A stretch of 64,000 nt of DNA from Acidimicrobiales bacterium (GTDB lineage Bacteria > Actinomycetota > Acidimicrobiia > Acidimicrobiales > Palsa-688), in NCBI GenBank assembly GCA_035533095.1, contig DATLUM010000012.1, positions 61-64,060 of the forward strand. The letters run 5' to 3'. A model generated the notes under the pieces. It saw only the letters and a program-made list of their open reading frames with translations, had not been told where the DNA came from and did no database searches. A program made the position numbers and the translations under genes. Position 1 is the first letter of the stretch. The number at the start of each line of letters is the position of its first letter. This document shows positions 9,804-18,493 of this stretch, one piece after another.

Positions 9804-10279
9804 CAGGCGATCCCGAGCTTCGTCAGGGCGTTGGCTACCGCGTCCACGAACGCCTGAGAGGTGAACGTCGCGCCGGAGACGCCGTTGATGTTCGTCGAGC
9901 CGGCACTGATGACCTGCCGTTCGAGCTGCGGGATGGCGTAATGGTCGATGCTCACCGAGCGGCCATCGGTCTCGTTGAGCGTCGCCATGGTGATGCTGTC
10001 GATCTTGTTTCCCTTGACCGTCACGGTGACGGCCATGTCGCCGTATGGGAAGGTCTGGTCGGCGCTGGTGGCCGTCCGGCTGGCCGACGCCGTGGTCGGG
10101 GTGTTTGACGAGGACGACCCGCTGGTCGCGGTGCTCGACGTACTGCTCGGGCTGGTGGTGCTCGTACCCCCGGACGCCGAAGCCGACGGTATGGTCAGAT
10201 GGGTGCTCTGCGTGTGGAAGGCCAGAACCCCGGCAACGCCCGCGGCGGTTCCTCCTAGAACGAGCTGGTAACGGCGCAT
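9803..10279 (-). CDS. FMN-binding domain protein (secreted/anchored, S/T-rich linker)
   Basis: C-terminal INGVSGATFTSQAFVDAV FMN_bind motif and an N-terminal signal anchor. Confidence 0.8.
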   Translation of the reverse strand: MRRYQLVLGGTAAGVAGVLAFHTQSTHLTIPSASASGGTSTTSPSSTSSTATSGSSSSNTPTTASASRTATSADQTFPYGDMAVTVTVKGNKIDSITMATLNETDGRSVSIDHYAIPQLERQVISAGSTNINGVSGATFTSQAFVDAVANALTKLGIA

Positions 10280-10299
10280 CGGCAGGTCTTTCTCCTCAA

Positions 10300-11691
10300 C
10301 TAGAACTCAAACGACTCGGCGTGGATGGCCTCCGGTCCCACCCCGAGGGCGCCCGCCGCCCTCGCCACCCCTGACGAGAACCCGGCCGGACCGCACAGGA
10401 ACACCTCGCGGGTGGCGATGTCCGGCACCACGTGATGCAGGTAGGCGGGGTCGTCGAGGCGGTGCTCGAAGCGCCGGCCGACGAGCTCGACCATGCGGCC
10501 CCGTCGGCCGGCCACCATCGACGCCAGCTCGCCGTTGTGCACCAAATCCTCACGTGTTGACGCCCTCTGCACCACGACCACGTCGACACCCGACGGCATG
10601 TCTTCGAGCAGCGCCCGAAGCGGCGTGACCCCGACCCCGGCGCCGATCAGTGCCACCTTGAGGCGGGTTCGGGCTTCGTCGGTGAACACGCCGTAGGGTC
10701 CCTCCACCGCGACCTTCGTTCCGGGCCTCAAACGGGTGATCGCCGCTGTCGTGTCGCCGGCCGCCTTGATGGTCACCCGCATGTACGGCGGCTGTGGCAT
10801 GGCCGAAAGGCTGAACGGGTGGGCGTGCCACCACATGCCTCGCACAAGGAACCGCCATCCGAAGTACTGGCCGCCTGCGACTGCCAGCCGGTCGAGGTGC
10901 CGGCCGCGCACCACTAGCGAGTACACGCCCGGGCCTTCGACGTTGACGTGCACGATCTCGAGCCGGTGGTAGAGGCTGCGGGCGATCGGCAACATCAACC
11001 GGTAAACGACGACGACGCCCGCTGTCGCCAGCCACAACAGTGTCCACAGGCTCTGCGCAAGCGGGTGCCCGACCAGCGACTTACCGTCGATGATCTGGTG
11101 CGGTACCGAGAACGCGAGCGCGAGGTATGTGTAGAGGTGGATGACCCACCACGTGTCGTAACTGAGTCGCCGGCGCACCGCGCGGATCGACACACCGGCA
11201 ATCGCCATCATCATCACGTACGACACGACGGCGGCAAAGATCCATGTCATGGTCATGATGAGCGAGCCGGCGCCGGACCAGAAACCGATATGCCCGGCCT
11301 GCGCGTAACCCAGCGTCGTCAGCACGGCGTGCGCGCTGAGGAGGAGCAGCGGAGCGCTCGAAAGCCGCCGGTGCAATCGGATCAGTCGGTCCTGCCCCAT
11401 CACCCGCTCGAGAGCGGGAATCCTCGCCGCCAGGAGGACCATGATCAGAAGTAGGTAGGTTCCGGCCATCGCGGTCACGTCGCCGGCAAGAGTCGCCAGT
11501 CCGCCGGCGGCCGTAACCGCCTTGATCGATGCCTGGCTGATCGGCAGCGCCATCGAGGCGCCCAGCCCCACCGCTCCCGCCACCAACACCGCGTCAGCGA
11601 CACCCCTGCGAGGCCGCCTGCGTTCCACCGCCCGACTTGGGGGCCCGACCGCGCGCGTCGGTACCACCGGTGCCTCCTCGACAACAGTCAT
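10300..11691 (-). CDS. ferric reductase-like transmembrane protein fused to an FAD/NAD(P)-binding oxidoreductase domain
   Basis: 6 TM helices with conserved His, then an FNR-like module (RPGTKVAVEGPYG, ALIGAGVGVTP). Confidence 0.8.
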   Translation of the reverse strand: MTVVEEAPVVPTRAVGPPSRAVERRRPRRGVADAVLVAGAVGLGASMALPISQASIKAVTAAGGLATLAGDVTAMAGTYLLLIMVLLAARIPALERVMGQDRLIRLHRRLSSAPLLLLSAHAVLTTLGYAQAGHIGFWSGAGSLIMTMTWIFAAVVSYVMMMAIAGVSIRAVRRRLSYDTWWVIHLYTYLALAFSVPHQIIDGKSLVGHPLAQSLWTLLWLATAGVVVVYRLMLPIARSLYHRLEIVHVNVEGPGVYSLVVRGRHLDRLAVAGGQYFGWRFLVRGMWWHAHPFSLSAMPQPPYMRVTIKAAGDTTAAITRLRPGTKVAVEGPYGVFTDEARTRLKVALIGAGVGVTPLRALLEDMPSGVDVVVVQRASTREDLVHNGELASMVAGRRGRMVELVGRRFEHRLDDPAYLHHVVPDIATREVFLCGPAGFSSGVARAAGALGVGPEAIHAESFEF

Positions 11692-12114
11692 GTAGCCAAG
11701 GTTCGGGCATCCACCTGACCGGAGGCTGTGATTCGCCTCTGAATTTCCTCAGAATGCGCCGCTCTGACCAGCCGGCAGTCGGGCCTGAAGTCGGAGGGAA
11801 CTCCCAGCGTTGCCGGACCGAACTCTGCGCCTGTCCTTTCAGACTTGTCCTCGACCGGTGACAGATCCGGCCCCCCAAAGAAAGGACCATGAAATGTCCG
11901 CACTCGACAAGATCCGCAGCAAGCCGAGGCTCTGGGCGTCCGCAGCCCTGGTTACCGTCGGACTCACCTCCGGGGCGATCCTCGGGTCGACGTTCACCGC
12001 CGGCGCCTCGACCACATCGGGTACCACGAATAACAGCGCATCGAGCGGCAGCTCATCGGCCAGCGGGTCGGGCCCGGCCGGCACGTCGGGGAGCGGGGTG
12101 CCGCGGCCGCGCTC

Positions 12115-12738
12115 GTGCTGGTGCCTCGGGTCGAGGGCGCTGCCGTCGCCGCGCTCGTCACCGTGGCGGCCCTCGGCGGGCCGGCCGCGTACGCGCTGTC
12201 GACCGCGGCAACTCCCCACACTGGCGCCATCCCGTCGGCGGGCCCGAACGTCGCCGGTGGACGCGGTCCGGGCGGTGCCGGCGGTCAGTTCGCGCCGCCC
12301 CGCAACGCCGCCGGCCCAGGCAACAACGCGGGCGGCGTCGGCGGCCTCCTCAACGGTTCCACCTCCAACCCCGCGCTCACCGCAGCCTTGCGCGCCGACG
12401 CGTCGAAGTACACCTGGGTGGCCGCGACGGTCGGCGCGAACCAGGCCGCCGGCTACCAACTCGCCTCAGGCGACCCCGTCATGTCGATCGGCGGATTCAA
12501 CGGCACGGACCCGTGGCCCACCCTCTCGCTGTTCGAGAAGTACGTCTCTGAAGGGAAGATCCACTACTTCATCGCCGGCGGTGGCAGCGGGACCCGTGGC
12601 GGGCCTCGCGGCGCGGGAGGCCCGCAGGTGAGCAGTGACTCATCGGCAATCACCGCCTGGGTGGAGTCCCATTCCAGCGCCGTGACGATCGGTGGAGTGA
12701 CCGTCTACGACCTCACGCAACCGGCGACGGCCGGCTGA
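12115..12738 (+). CDS. membrane-anchored protein carrying the C-terminal domain seen in actinobacterial ArnT/GT39-like glycosyltransferases; possibly the 3' part of a frameshifted gene
   Basis: TM helix, then AYALSTAATPHTGAIPSAGP...GGFNGTDPWPTLSLFEKYVSEGKIHYFIAGG. An upstream ORF piece from ATG 11894 is in another frame. Confidence 0.55.
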   Translation: MLVPRVEGAAVAALVTVAALGGPAAYALSTAATPHTGAIPSAGPNVAGGRGPGGAGGQFAPPRNAAGPGNNAGGVGGLLNGSTSNPALTAALRADASKYTWVAATVGANQAAGYQLASGDPVMSIGGFNGTDPWPTLSLFEKYVSEGKIHYFIAGGGSGTRGGPRGAGGPQVSSDSSAITAWVESHSSAVTIGGVTVYDLTQPATAG

Positions 12739-12739
12739 G

Positions 12740-13573
12740 TCAGCGCCGGCGGGCGGCCTGCCTTCTCGCGATCTTGCTGCCACGCACGGTCTTGTGCTGG
12801 GTGCGCGCCCGTTCGGCCGCCTGCAGCCTCCGTTCCTTGGCACGCCGGCGCAGTACCGGTCCCGAAACGGCGACCAACAACACCAGCGCGACGATCACCC
12901 AGTAGACGACCGATTCGGTGACCGGCCGCGTCGTCGTCACCAGGCTGAACCCGGGGAGCACGGCGCGCAAGTGCTCGTACTCGCTATGCGCAAACGACAC
13001 AGCCTCGTTTTCGATCGCCTGCTTCGATCCGGGGACCCCGATGAACTCCGTCGCCTGCGCGTGGTCGACCTGGAACGCCACGACGACCACAGGGGGGTTC
13101 GTGAGAGTCGACGGCGTGAAGAACGCTGCCGAAGCACCCGGTATCGATGGCACGGCGACGGAGCCGGCGTAGGTGTACGACGCCGATTTCAAGCTCCCTG
13201 TGCTGAGGTAGGTGCTCTTGGCCTCGGACTGCACCTTGGCCGCGTCAGCAGCGGTTGGCAGCACCGAGACGACCAGACTGACGGCGTTGCTGCCTCCGCC
13301 GGTCGAGTCGGACCATTCGATCGAGTAGGTGCCGGTCGAGTGCGGCGAGCGCTTCCCGGCGGCCTTCACGGCAGCGAACTGGCTGGACGACGCAGGCACC
13401 GTGTTCGCTGCGGCGGGCTTGGGGTTGAACCCGGCCGGCGGTTTGGTCACCACGAGGCGCGAAAGGCGGCCTGTCTCGACCTTGTCGACGCTCACGAAAG
13501 CCAAGTACACGGCGGCGGCCGCTGCCAGGAACACGGCGATTCCCGTGCCAATCCTCACCCGAGACGATCCCAC
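12740..13573 (-). CDS. hypothetical membrane protein (N- and C-terminal TM helices, basic tail)
   Basis: 277-aa ORF with a coding-like composition. No recognised domain. Confidence 0.6.
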   Translation of the reverse strand: MGSSRVRIGTGIAVFLAAAAAVYLAFVSVDKVETGRLSRLVVTKPPAGFNPKPAAANTVPASSSQFAAVKAAGKRSPHSTGTYSIEWSDSTGGGSNAVSLVVSVLPTAADAAKVQSEAKSTYLSTGSLKSASYTYAGSVAVPSIPGASAAFFTPSTLTNPPVVVVAFQVDHAQATEFIGVPGSKQAIENEAVSFAHSEYEHLRAVLPGFSLVTTTRPVTESVVYWVIVALVLLVAVSGPVLRRRAKERRLQAAERARTQHKTVRGSKIARRQAARRR

Positions 13574-13753
13574 GTCGGGTCATTCCAGCATGCCGTCAGT
13601 CGCCCGTCTCGTCGCCTCTGTCGAGCGGGCTGGGACCCGCACGTCGCGACCTGTTGGTTCTCCACCTCCGTCGCTGGGGAGCCGGCGGGGCAGGGCTCCA
13701 GTGCCTATCCGCCCCGTCGTGTGTGGCCCAAGGTGTGAAACGAATCCCTTCTG

Positions 13754-14443
13754 TCAGGGTTTGGTGCCGAGGACCCAGCGGTGGCGGAGGTGCCTCATGA
13801 TCGAGACCTCCACGCCGAGGGGCTCGAGCGTTCTGCGAATCGCGCTGTCGGGCAGGCGAGCTCCGCGCCAGGATGAACTCAGGGTGTGACGCCTGGCGAC
13901 AGCGTGAGCCAGATGCCCCGACCAGTCCAGCGCGCGCCCTCGCAACGAGCAGTCGCGTACCTGGATCGCCATCCGCCCGCCCGGCTTGAGCACCCGGACG
14001 GACTCGCGCAGGTAGGTGAGTTGAGCCCGCCGGCTCGGCACGTGCTGCAAGGTTATGTAGGAGAACACCAGGTCCACCGACTCGTCGGGGATCGCCGACA
14101 TGCTCCCGTCGCCGGGAACCAGTTGGTGCTCGACGTTGGATGTGCCATCGAGATTTGCCTCGCAACGACGGAGCATCTCGGCGCTCACGTCCACTGCGAT
14201 GACACGCTCGGCGAGTTGCGAAAGCCTTCGCGTCATCCGCCCCACACCGCAGCCGATCTCCAGGGTCGTCTCGTGGCGCTGCAATCCGATGCCGCATAGG
14301 GCGAGTAGAGCGTCGGTCTCCTCCGCTCCTTGCCGGAAGAAGTCGTCGGTCTCGGACGTGTGCCCGGTCGCGATGTACCACGCCGGGTTCGACAGGGCCG
14401 CCCTGTCCCAAAACCTGCGGGACGCGTCCCGAGTAGTTCTCAT
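13754..14443 (-). CDS. class I SAM-dependent methyltransferase
   Basis: LEIGCGVGRMT motif I and VDLVFSYITLQH. Confidence 0.85.
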   Translation of the reverse strand: MRTTRDASRRFWDRAALSNPAWYIATGHTSETDDFFRQGAEETDALLALCGIGLQRHETTLEIGCGVGRMTRRLSQLAERVIAVDVSAEMLRRCEANLDGTSNVEHQLVPGDGSMSAIPDESVDLVFSYITLQHVPSRRAQLTYLRESVRVLKPGGRMAIQVRDCSLRGRALDWSGHLAHAVARRHTLSSSWRGARLPDSAIRRTLEPLGVEVSIMRHLRHRWVLGTKP

Positions 14444-14477
14444 GCGGCTCCCTCAGGCGCCTATCTCGAGCTCAACC

Positions 14478-14864
14478 TTACGTCCGTCCCGCCGGCCCTT
14501 CTACGTTGATCGTGGGGGTGCCCTGCCCCGCACGAACCACGATGAGGTGGCTCTCCTGATCCCCCGGGTTTCCTTCGCGGTGGATCGCATGCTTGGGGAC
14601 GTGCAGGAAGTCGCCGGCGACCGCCTCGACGACTTCGGAACCGCCGGGACCGGACTCCATGCGCAGAGTTCCCTGTGCGATATATATGGAGGTCTCGTAC
14701 TCGCCGTGGTGATGCCACCCCGACGTCATGCCAGGGGCGGTCCGCACCAGGCCGGCCCACAGGCCATCGACCTCGATCGCCTTTTCGCGGATCATGCCGG
14801 GGGAGGGATCTGCCTCGGTACGTTCTTCCGGTTTCACACGCCGAACTGGATCCGATGTCGCCAT
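14478..14864 (-). CDS. cupin domain protein
   Basis: GWHHHGEYETSIYIAQG...GDFLHVPKHAIHRE are the two cupin motifs. Confidence 0.85.
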   Translation of the reverse strand: MATSDPVRRVKPEERTEADPSPGMIREKAIEVDGLWAGLVRTAPGMTSGWHHHGEYETSIYIAQGTLRMESGPGGSEVVEAVAGDFLHVPKHAIHREGNPGDQESHLIVVRAGQGTPTINVEGPAGRT

Positions 14865-14923
14865 GGGCCCCAGTCTGCCCCTCGAACGGCGACCGCTCTT
14901 CTACTTTGACCACCACCCCCTAG

Positions 14924-15520
14924 AACCGGAGGGAGGCTCCACCCATCCGCTACCCAGACACTCGCAAGAGCGACACCGTCGACGACTACCAGGGCGAGGC
15001 AGTCCCGGACCCGTATCGTTGGCTCGAGAACCCCGACGATCCCGAGACCGTGGCCTGGCTCGATCAGCAGCGCCGGTTCACCGACTCGTTCCTCGCCCGG
15101 GCTTCCGGACGGCAGGCCCTGAGAGCCAGGATCACCGAGCTCACCGACTACCCGCGCGCGAGTGCGCCGTTCGAGCGGGGCGGGAGGTGGTTCCAGACCC
15201 GCAACACCGGCCTTCAGGATCAGTCGGTCCTCTACGTGAGCGACCTGCCCGCCGGCGAGGGCCGCGTGCTCATCGATCCCAACCGGCTCTCCGAGGACGG
15301 GACCGTAGCCCTCACCCACCTGTCGGTCAGCCCCGACGGGTCGCTCGCTGCCTACGCCGTGAGCGAGGCAGGATCCGACTGGCTGAATTGGCGCGTCCGG
15401 GACACCGCTACCGGCGAAGACCTGCCCGGCGTGGTCCGCTGGTCGAAGTTCTGCGTCGCGGCGTGGCGCCACGACCTGTCCGGCTTCTACTACTCAGGCC
15501 TGCAACCGCCGTCCGGCCAT
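14924..15520 (+). pseudogene. prolyl oligopeptidase (S9A) N-terminal fragment, no start codon, truncated after about 190 aa
   Basis: The frame opens right after TAG 14921-14923. It reads ...IRYPDTRKSDTVDDYQGEAVPDPYRWLENPDDPETVAWLDQQ...RWSKFCVAAWRHDLSGFYYS, then loses similarity. The catalytic domain is absent. Confidence 0.75.
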
Positions 15521-15554
15521 TCATGGCCACGCGCACGGGGCTCACCGAGAGGGG

Positions 15555-16019
15555 TCACTCCCGGGGGCACACAGGTGCGGAACGTGGCGCTGCCCGTGAT
15601 CCGCCGCTCGTATCAGGCGTTCTGCCTGGACCACCGACCCGGTCGACGGTACGCCGGCGAGGACCGCGAACGGCTCGCTCTTTTTCCGACTGATCGAGTT
15701 GCTGCCCGGCATCAGGCGAAACGGCGGCCCGGCGGCTCAGGTCCAGCACGACCAGATGGTCGTCGTCGCTAAGGCGGACCCGGGGAATCTCCCGCTTGTC
15801 GTAGAGCTCCACTTCCACCTGGGATCCCAGCTCCGCCCACCGACCCAGGGTCAGGGCAGCGGCGAAGCCCCAGGTGGACACGGGCACGTGCGCGTCCAGC
15901 GACAGCGCCTCTCCGTTGGAGGTAAGGGCGTCGACGACGAGCCCGCCCGGCTTGCTCTCCATGAAGACGATTCGGCAGTGCATGCTCGACAGCATGAGCC
16001 TCGGCTGGCGGCAGGTCAT
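15555..16019 (-). CDS. hypothetical protein, probably 3'-truncated/fused
   Basis: The first ~95 codons have very high GC3 and a protein-like sequence (IVFMESKPGGLVVDALTSNGEALSLDAHVPVSTWGF...). The last ~55 codons are Arg/Pro/Gly-rich with lower GC3. Confidence 0.4.
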   Translation of the reverse strand: MTCRQPRLMLSSMHCRIVFMESKPGGLVVDALTSNGEALSLDAHVPVSTWGFAAALTLGRWAELGSQVEVELYDKREIPRVRLSDDDHLVVLDLSRRAAVSPDAGQQLDQSEKERAVRGPRRRTVDRVGGPGRTPDTSGGSRAAPRSAPVCPRE

Positions 16020-16097
16020 CGCCCTGCAGGAGGTTTGTCCCCTTGGTCCGGGGGTGGACCCGGAAGACAGGCCCTCGTCCTCGAGATGTAGAGGGAC

Positions 16098-16301
16098 CTA
16101 CAACCGCAGCACCGTCCCCACCGGCGCGACACGGCCGATTCGGGGCAGGGAATCCTGCACCACGCCGGCGAGCACGCGCGGCGCCTCGGCAATGCGGGCT
16201 GTCAGGGCCTCCACCGGCTCGGGTTCTGGGATGACGCCGTTGGCGTAATCCGTCAGGTAGCCGACGGCGGCGAGGGGAAGTTGGGCCTCGCCGGCCAGCA
16301 C
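16098..16301 (-). pseudogene. C-terminal fragment of a purine nucleoside / methylthioadenosine phosphorylase family gene
   Basis: AGEAQLPLAAVGYLTDYANGV...EPVEALTARIAEAPRVLAGVVQDSLPRI resembles the last ~65 aa of MTAP/PNP. No upstream part is present. Confidence 0.5.
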
Positions 16302-16305
16302 CGCC

Positions 16306-17679
16306 TCAGCGTGCGAGACCGGTGCCGGCCGACCCGATCATGTCGAGGAAGTTGTCACAGTAAAAACGCCGGCGGACGTCTTCGGACGCGTCGCCGAGCG
16401 ATGCCTCGAACCGCTCGATCGGCCTGCGCCCCCCTTCCACATGGGGGTAGTCCGAGGAGAACATGCAGACCTCCGGTCCCGATTCGCTGATTATCCAGCC
16501 GACATCCTCGGTCGGGTAGGGCGTCACCCGGACCTGCCGGCGCACGTACTCCGACGGTCTGAGCGACAACGTCCTCAGCCGCTGCTCGTGCTTGGCGAAC
16601 GCCTCCACTGCGGATTCCATCTGGTGCATCCAGGACGGCAGCCATATCGCGCCTTGCTCGATTACGCCCAGGCGCAGATCGGGAAAGCGCTCCAGCACCC
16701 CATCGAAGATCATCGTCGCGAGCGTCTGCATCGGCGGGTGGGGGATCGCCATGTAGTCGACGGAGCGGAAGTTCTCCTCGCCACCGTGGAAGTCGGGGGG
16801 CACCGGTAGGCCGTTGCGAAAGTAGTTGGCGTCGACGAGGTTGCCGGTGCCGCCCACGTGGAAGACGATGGGGATTCCTGCGTCCTGCGCGATCGCCCAC
16901 AGCGGGTCGAGATCGATGTGGCTCGGCGAGTGGCCTGCCGGGCATCCGGAAGCGATGAGAAGGGCGGCCGCCCCGTCATGGACAGCACCATGCGCGATCT
17001 CGACTGCCTCCCCGAAATCCGCCAATGGAACGTAAGCCGTCGCCAGCAACCTCGGGTCCGCGGCGCAGAACTCGAGCATGGCCCGGTTGTGGGCTCGGGC
17101 CGTCCCGTAGGCGAGCCCGGTGTCGCCCGAGTGCTCCCAGTCGTAGAGGCGCCTGTTGTGGAAAGTGTTGAACACCAGCTGGCTCGAGAACCCGAGAAGG
17201 TCGAGTGCCCTGCCGCGGTCCTCGGCGAGAAACGACCCTGTCGCCGCGAAATTCTTCCTCAACATGATCTGCTCGGCTTCGTCCGCCCGGTACTCAGACG
17301 AACGGTGGCTGGCCGCGAGACGCTCGAACGCGGCGACGAGATCCCGCTGCTGCTCGGTGGGGTCACCGGTCTGGCGGAGCTCATTGCCGCCGGGGTAGCG
17401 CAACGGGGGGATCCGATCCCGTATGGCTGGGTCGGCGTGGTCGCGCAGCCAGTTAGGCGTCTCCATCACGTGAGCATCGGCATCGTGGACTATCCGGCCT
17501 TCCACCGCGTTGTAGGCCGGGGTTCCCGGGTGGGGTCGAACTGCTGTCACGGGCGCGATTCTCGCGCGCTCCGCGACCGCCGTTCTCAGCCGATCGGCTG
17601 CCGCCACTGCACAACCGTAATGCCTGGGACCCGGTCTAGGTTTGGGGTATGAGGATCGAGACCCGGTCGCTTGCTGCAT
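16306..17679 (-). CDS. amidohydrolase family 2 (metal-dependent TIM-barrel hydrolase)
   Basis: IVHDADAHVMETP near the N-terminus and SSDYPHVEGG near the C-terminus. The true start may be GTG 17550. Confidence 0.85.
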   Translation of the reverse strand: MQQATGSRSSYPKPRPGPRHYGCAVAAADRLRTAVAERARIAPVTAVRPHPGTPAYNAVEGRIVHDADAHVMETPNWLRDHADPAIRDRIPPLRYPGGNELRQTGDPTEQQRDLVAAFERLAASHRSSEYRADEAEQIMLRKNFAATGSFLAEDRGRALDLLGFSSQLVFNTFHNRRLYDWEHSGDTGLAYGTARAHNRAMLEFCAADPRLLATAYVPLADFGEAVEIAHGAVHDGAAALLIASGCPAGHSPSHIDLDPLWAIAQDAGIPIVFHVGGTGNLVDANYFRNGLPVPPDFHGGEENFRSVDYMAIPHPPMQTLATMIFDGVLERFPDLRLGVIEQGAIWLPSWMHQMESAVEAFAKHEQRLRTLSLRPSEYVRRQVRVTPYPTEDVGWIISESGPEVCMFSSDYPHVEGGRRPIERFEASLGDASEDVRRRFYCDNFLDMIGSAGTGLAR

Positions 17680-17825
17680 CGAACCCGGCTGTGTACTCGG
17701 AGCTCTGGTGGGGCAATCTGCTCAGCGGTCTGCGCATCGACCTCCGCCATGCCGATCGTGACGAGGTGCGCGAGCTCCTGGAGCAGGCATGGCGGCGCAA
17801 GGCCCCCAAGAAGCTGCTGGTGTGA
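17649..17825 (+). CDS. 58-aa protein resembling the C-terminal half of MmcQ/YjbR family proteins
   Basis: Manual translation gives MRIETRSLAASNPAVYSELWWGNLLSGLRIDLRHADRDEVRELLEQAWRRKAPKKLLV. The stop overlaps the GTG of the next gene (GTGA). It falls below the ORF-track length cutoff. Confidence 0.4.
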   Translation: MRIETRSLAASNPAVYSELWWGNLLSGLRIDLRHADRDEVRELLEQAWRRKAPKKLLV

Positions 17826-18493
17826 GCAACCGCTCTACCTGGGAGTACTACGACCTTCGCTCCCTCCAACGACCACCCGGCATCGACAACGCGGTCGCCT
17901 ACTGGCAGGGCCTAGGCGTTCCCTGCACCAGTGGCGACGTCGCAGCCGAGGCTGCGGAAGTCGAGAAGTTGCTCCGGTCCCTGCCGCCAGCGACCTTCCT
18001 GGACGTCGGGTGCGGGCCGGGGACCTTCACCGGGATGCTGGCCGGGAGGGGAGTCGCCCTGGACCAGAGCGCCAACGCGGTCGCGCGCGTCGCCAGGGAT
18101 CATGAGCACGCTGTCCCGATTCGGGGGGACGCGATGGCGCTGCCGTTCGCGGCCGGGTCGTTTGACCGCGCCCTGGTTTCGCACCTGTACGGCCTCCTGC
18201 TTCCCGATGAGGCCGGCGTCCTGATGGACGAGACGCTCAGGATTGCACCCGAGGTGCTGATCCTCGACGCCGGCCGCCCCGACGGGGTTGCATCCGAGGA
18301 GTGGCAGGACCGCACGCTTCCCGACGGGAGCGCGCACCGGGTCTTCCGCCGCCATTTCAAAGCGAGCGAGCTCACTTCGGAGGTGGGCGGGCAGGCCGTC
18401 TTCGCCGGGTCGTTCTACGTGATGGTCCTTGCCGGGGTCGAGGTGGCCGGGGCAGTCAGCCGGTGCTCGGGGCGGTGGCGCTCTCCACGGTGA
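17822..18493 (+). CDS. class I SAM-dependent methyltransferase (type 11)
   Basis: FLDVGCGPGTFT motif I and GSFDRALVSHLY. GTG 17822 is coupled to the upstream small ORF; the ORF track starts at 17789. Confidence 0.8.
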   Translation: MSNRSTWEYYDLRSLQRPPGIDNAVAYWQGLGVPCTSGDVAAEAAEVEKLLRSLPPATFLDVGCGPGTFTGMLAGRGVALDQSANAVARVARDHEHAVPIRGDAMALPFAAGSFDRALVSHLYGLLLPDEAGVLMDETLRIAPEVLILDAGRPDGVASEEWQDRTLPDGSAHRVFRRHFKASELTSEVGGQAVFAGSFYVMVLAGVEVAGAVSRCSGRWRSPR

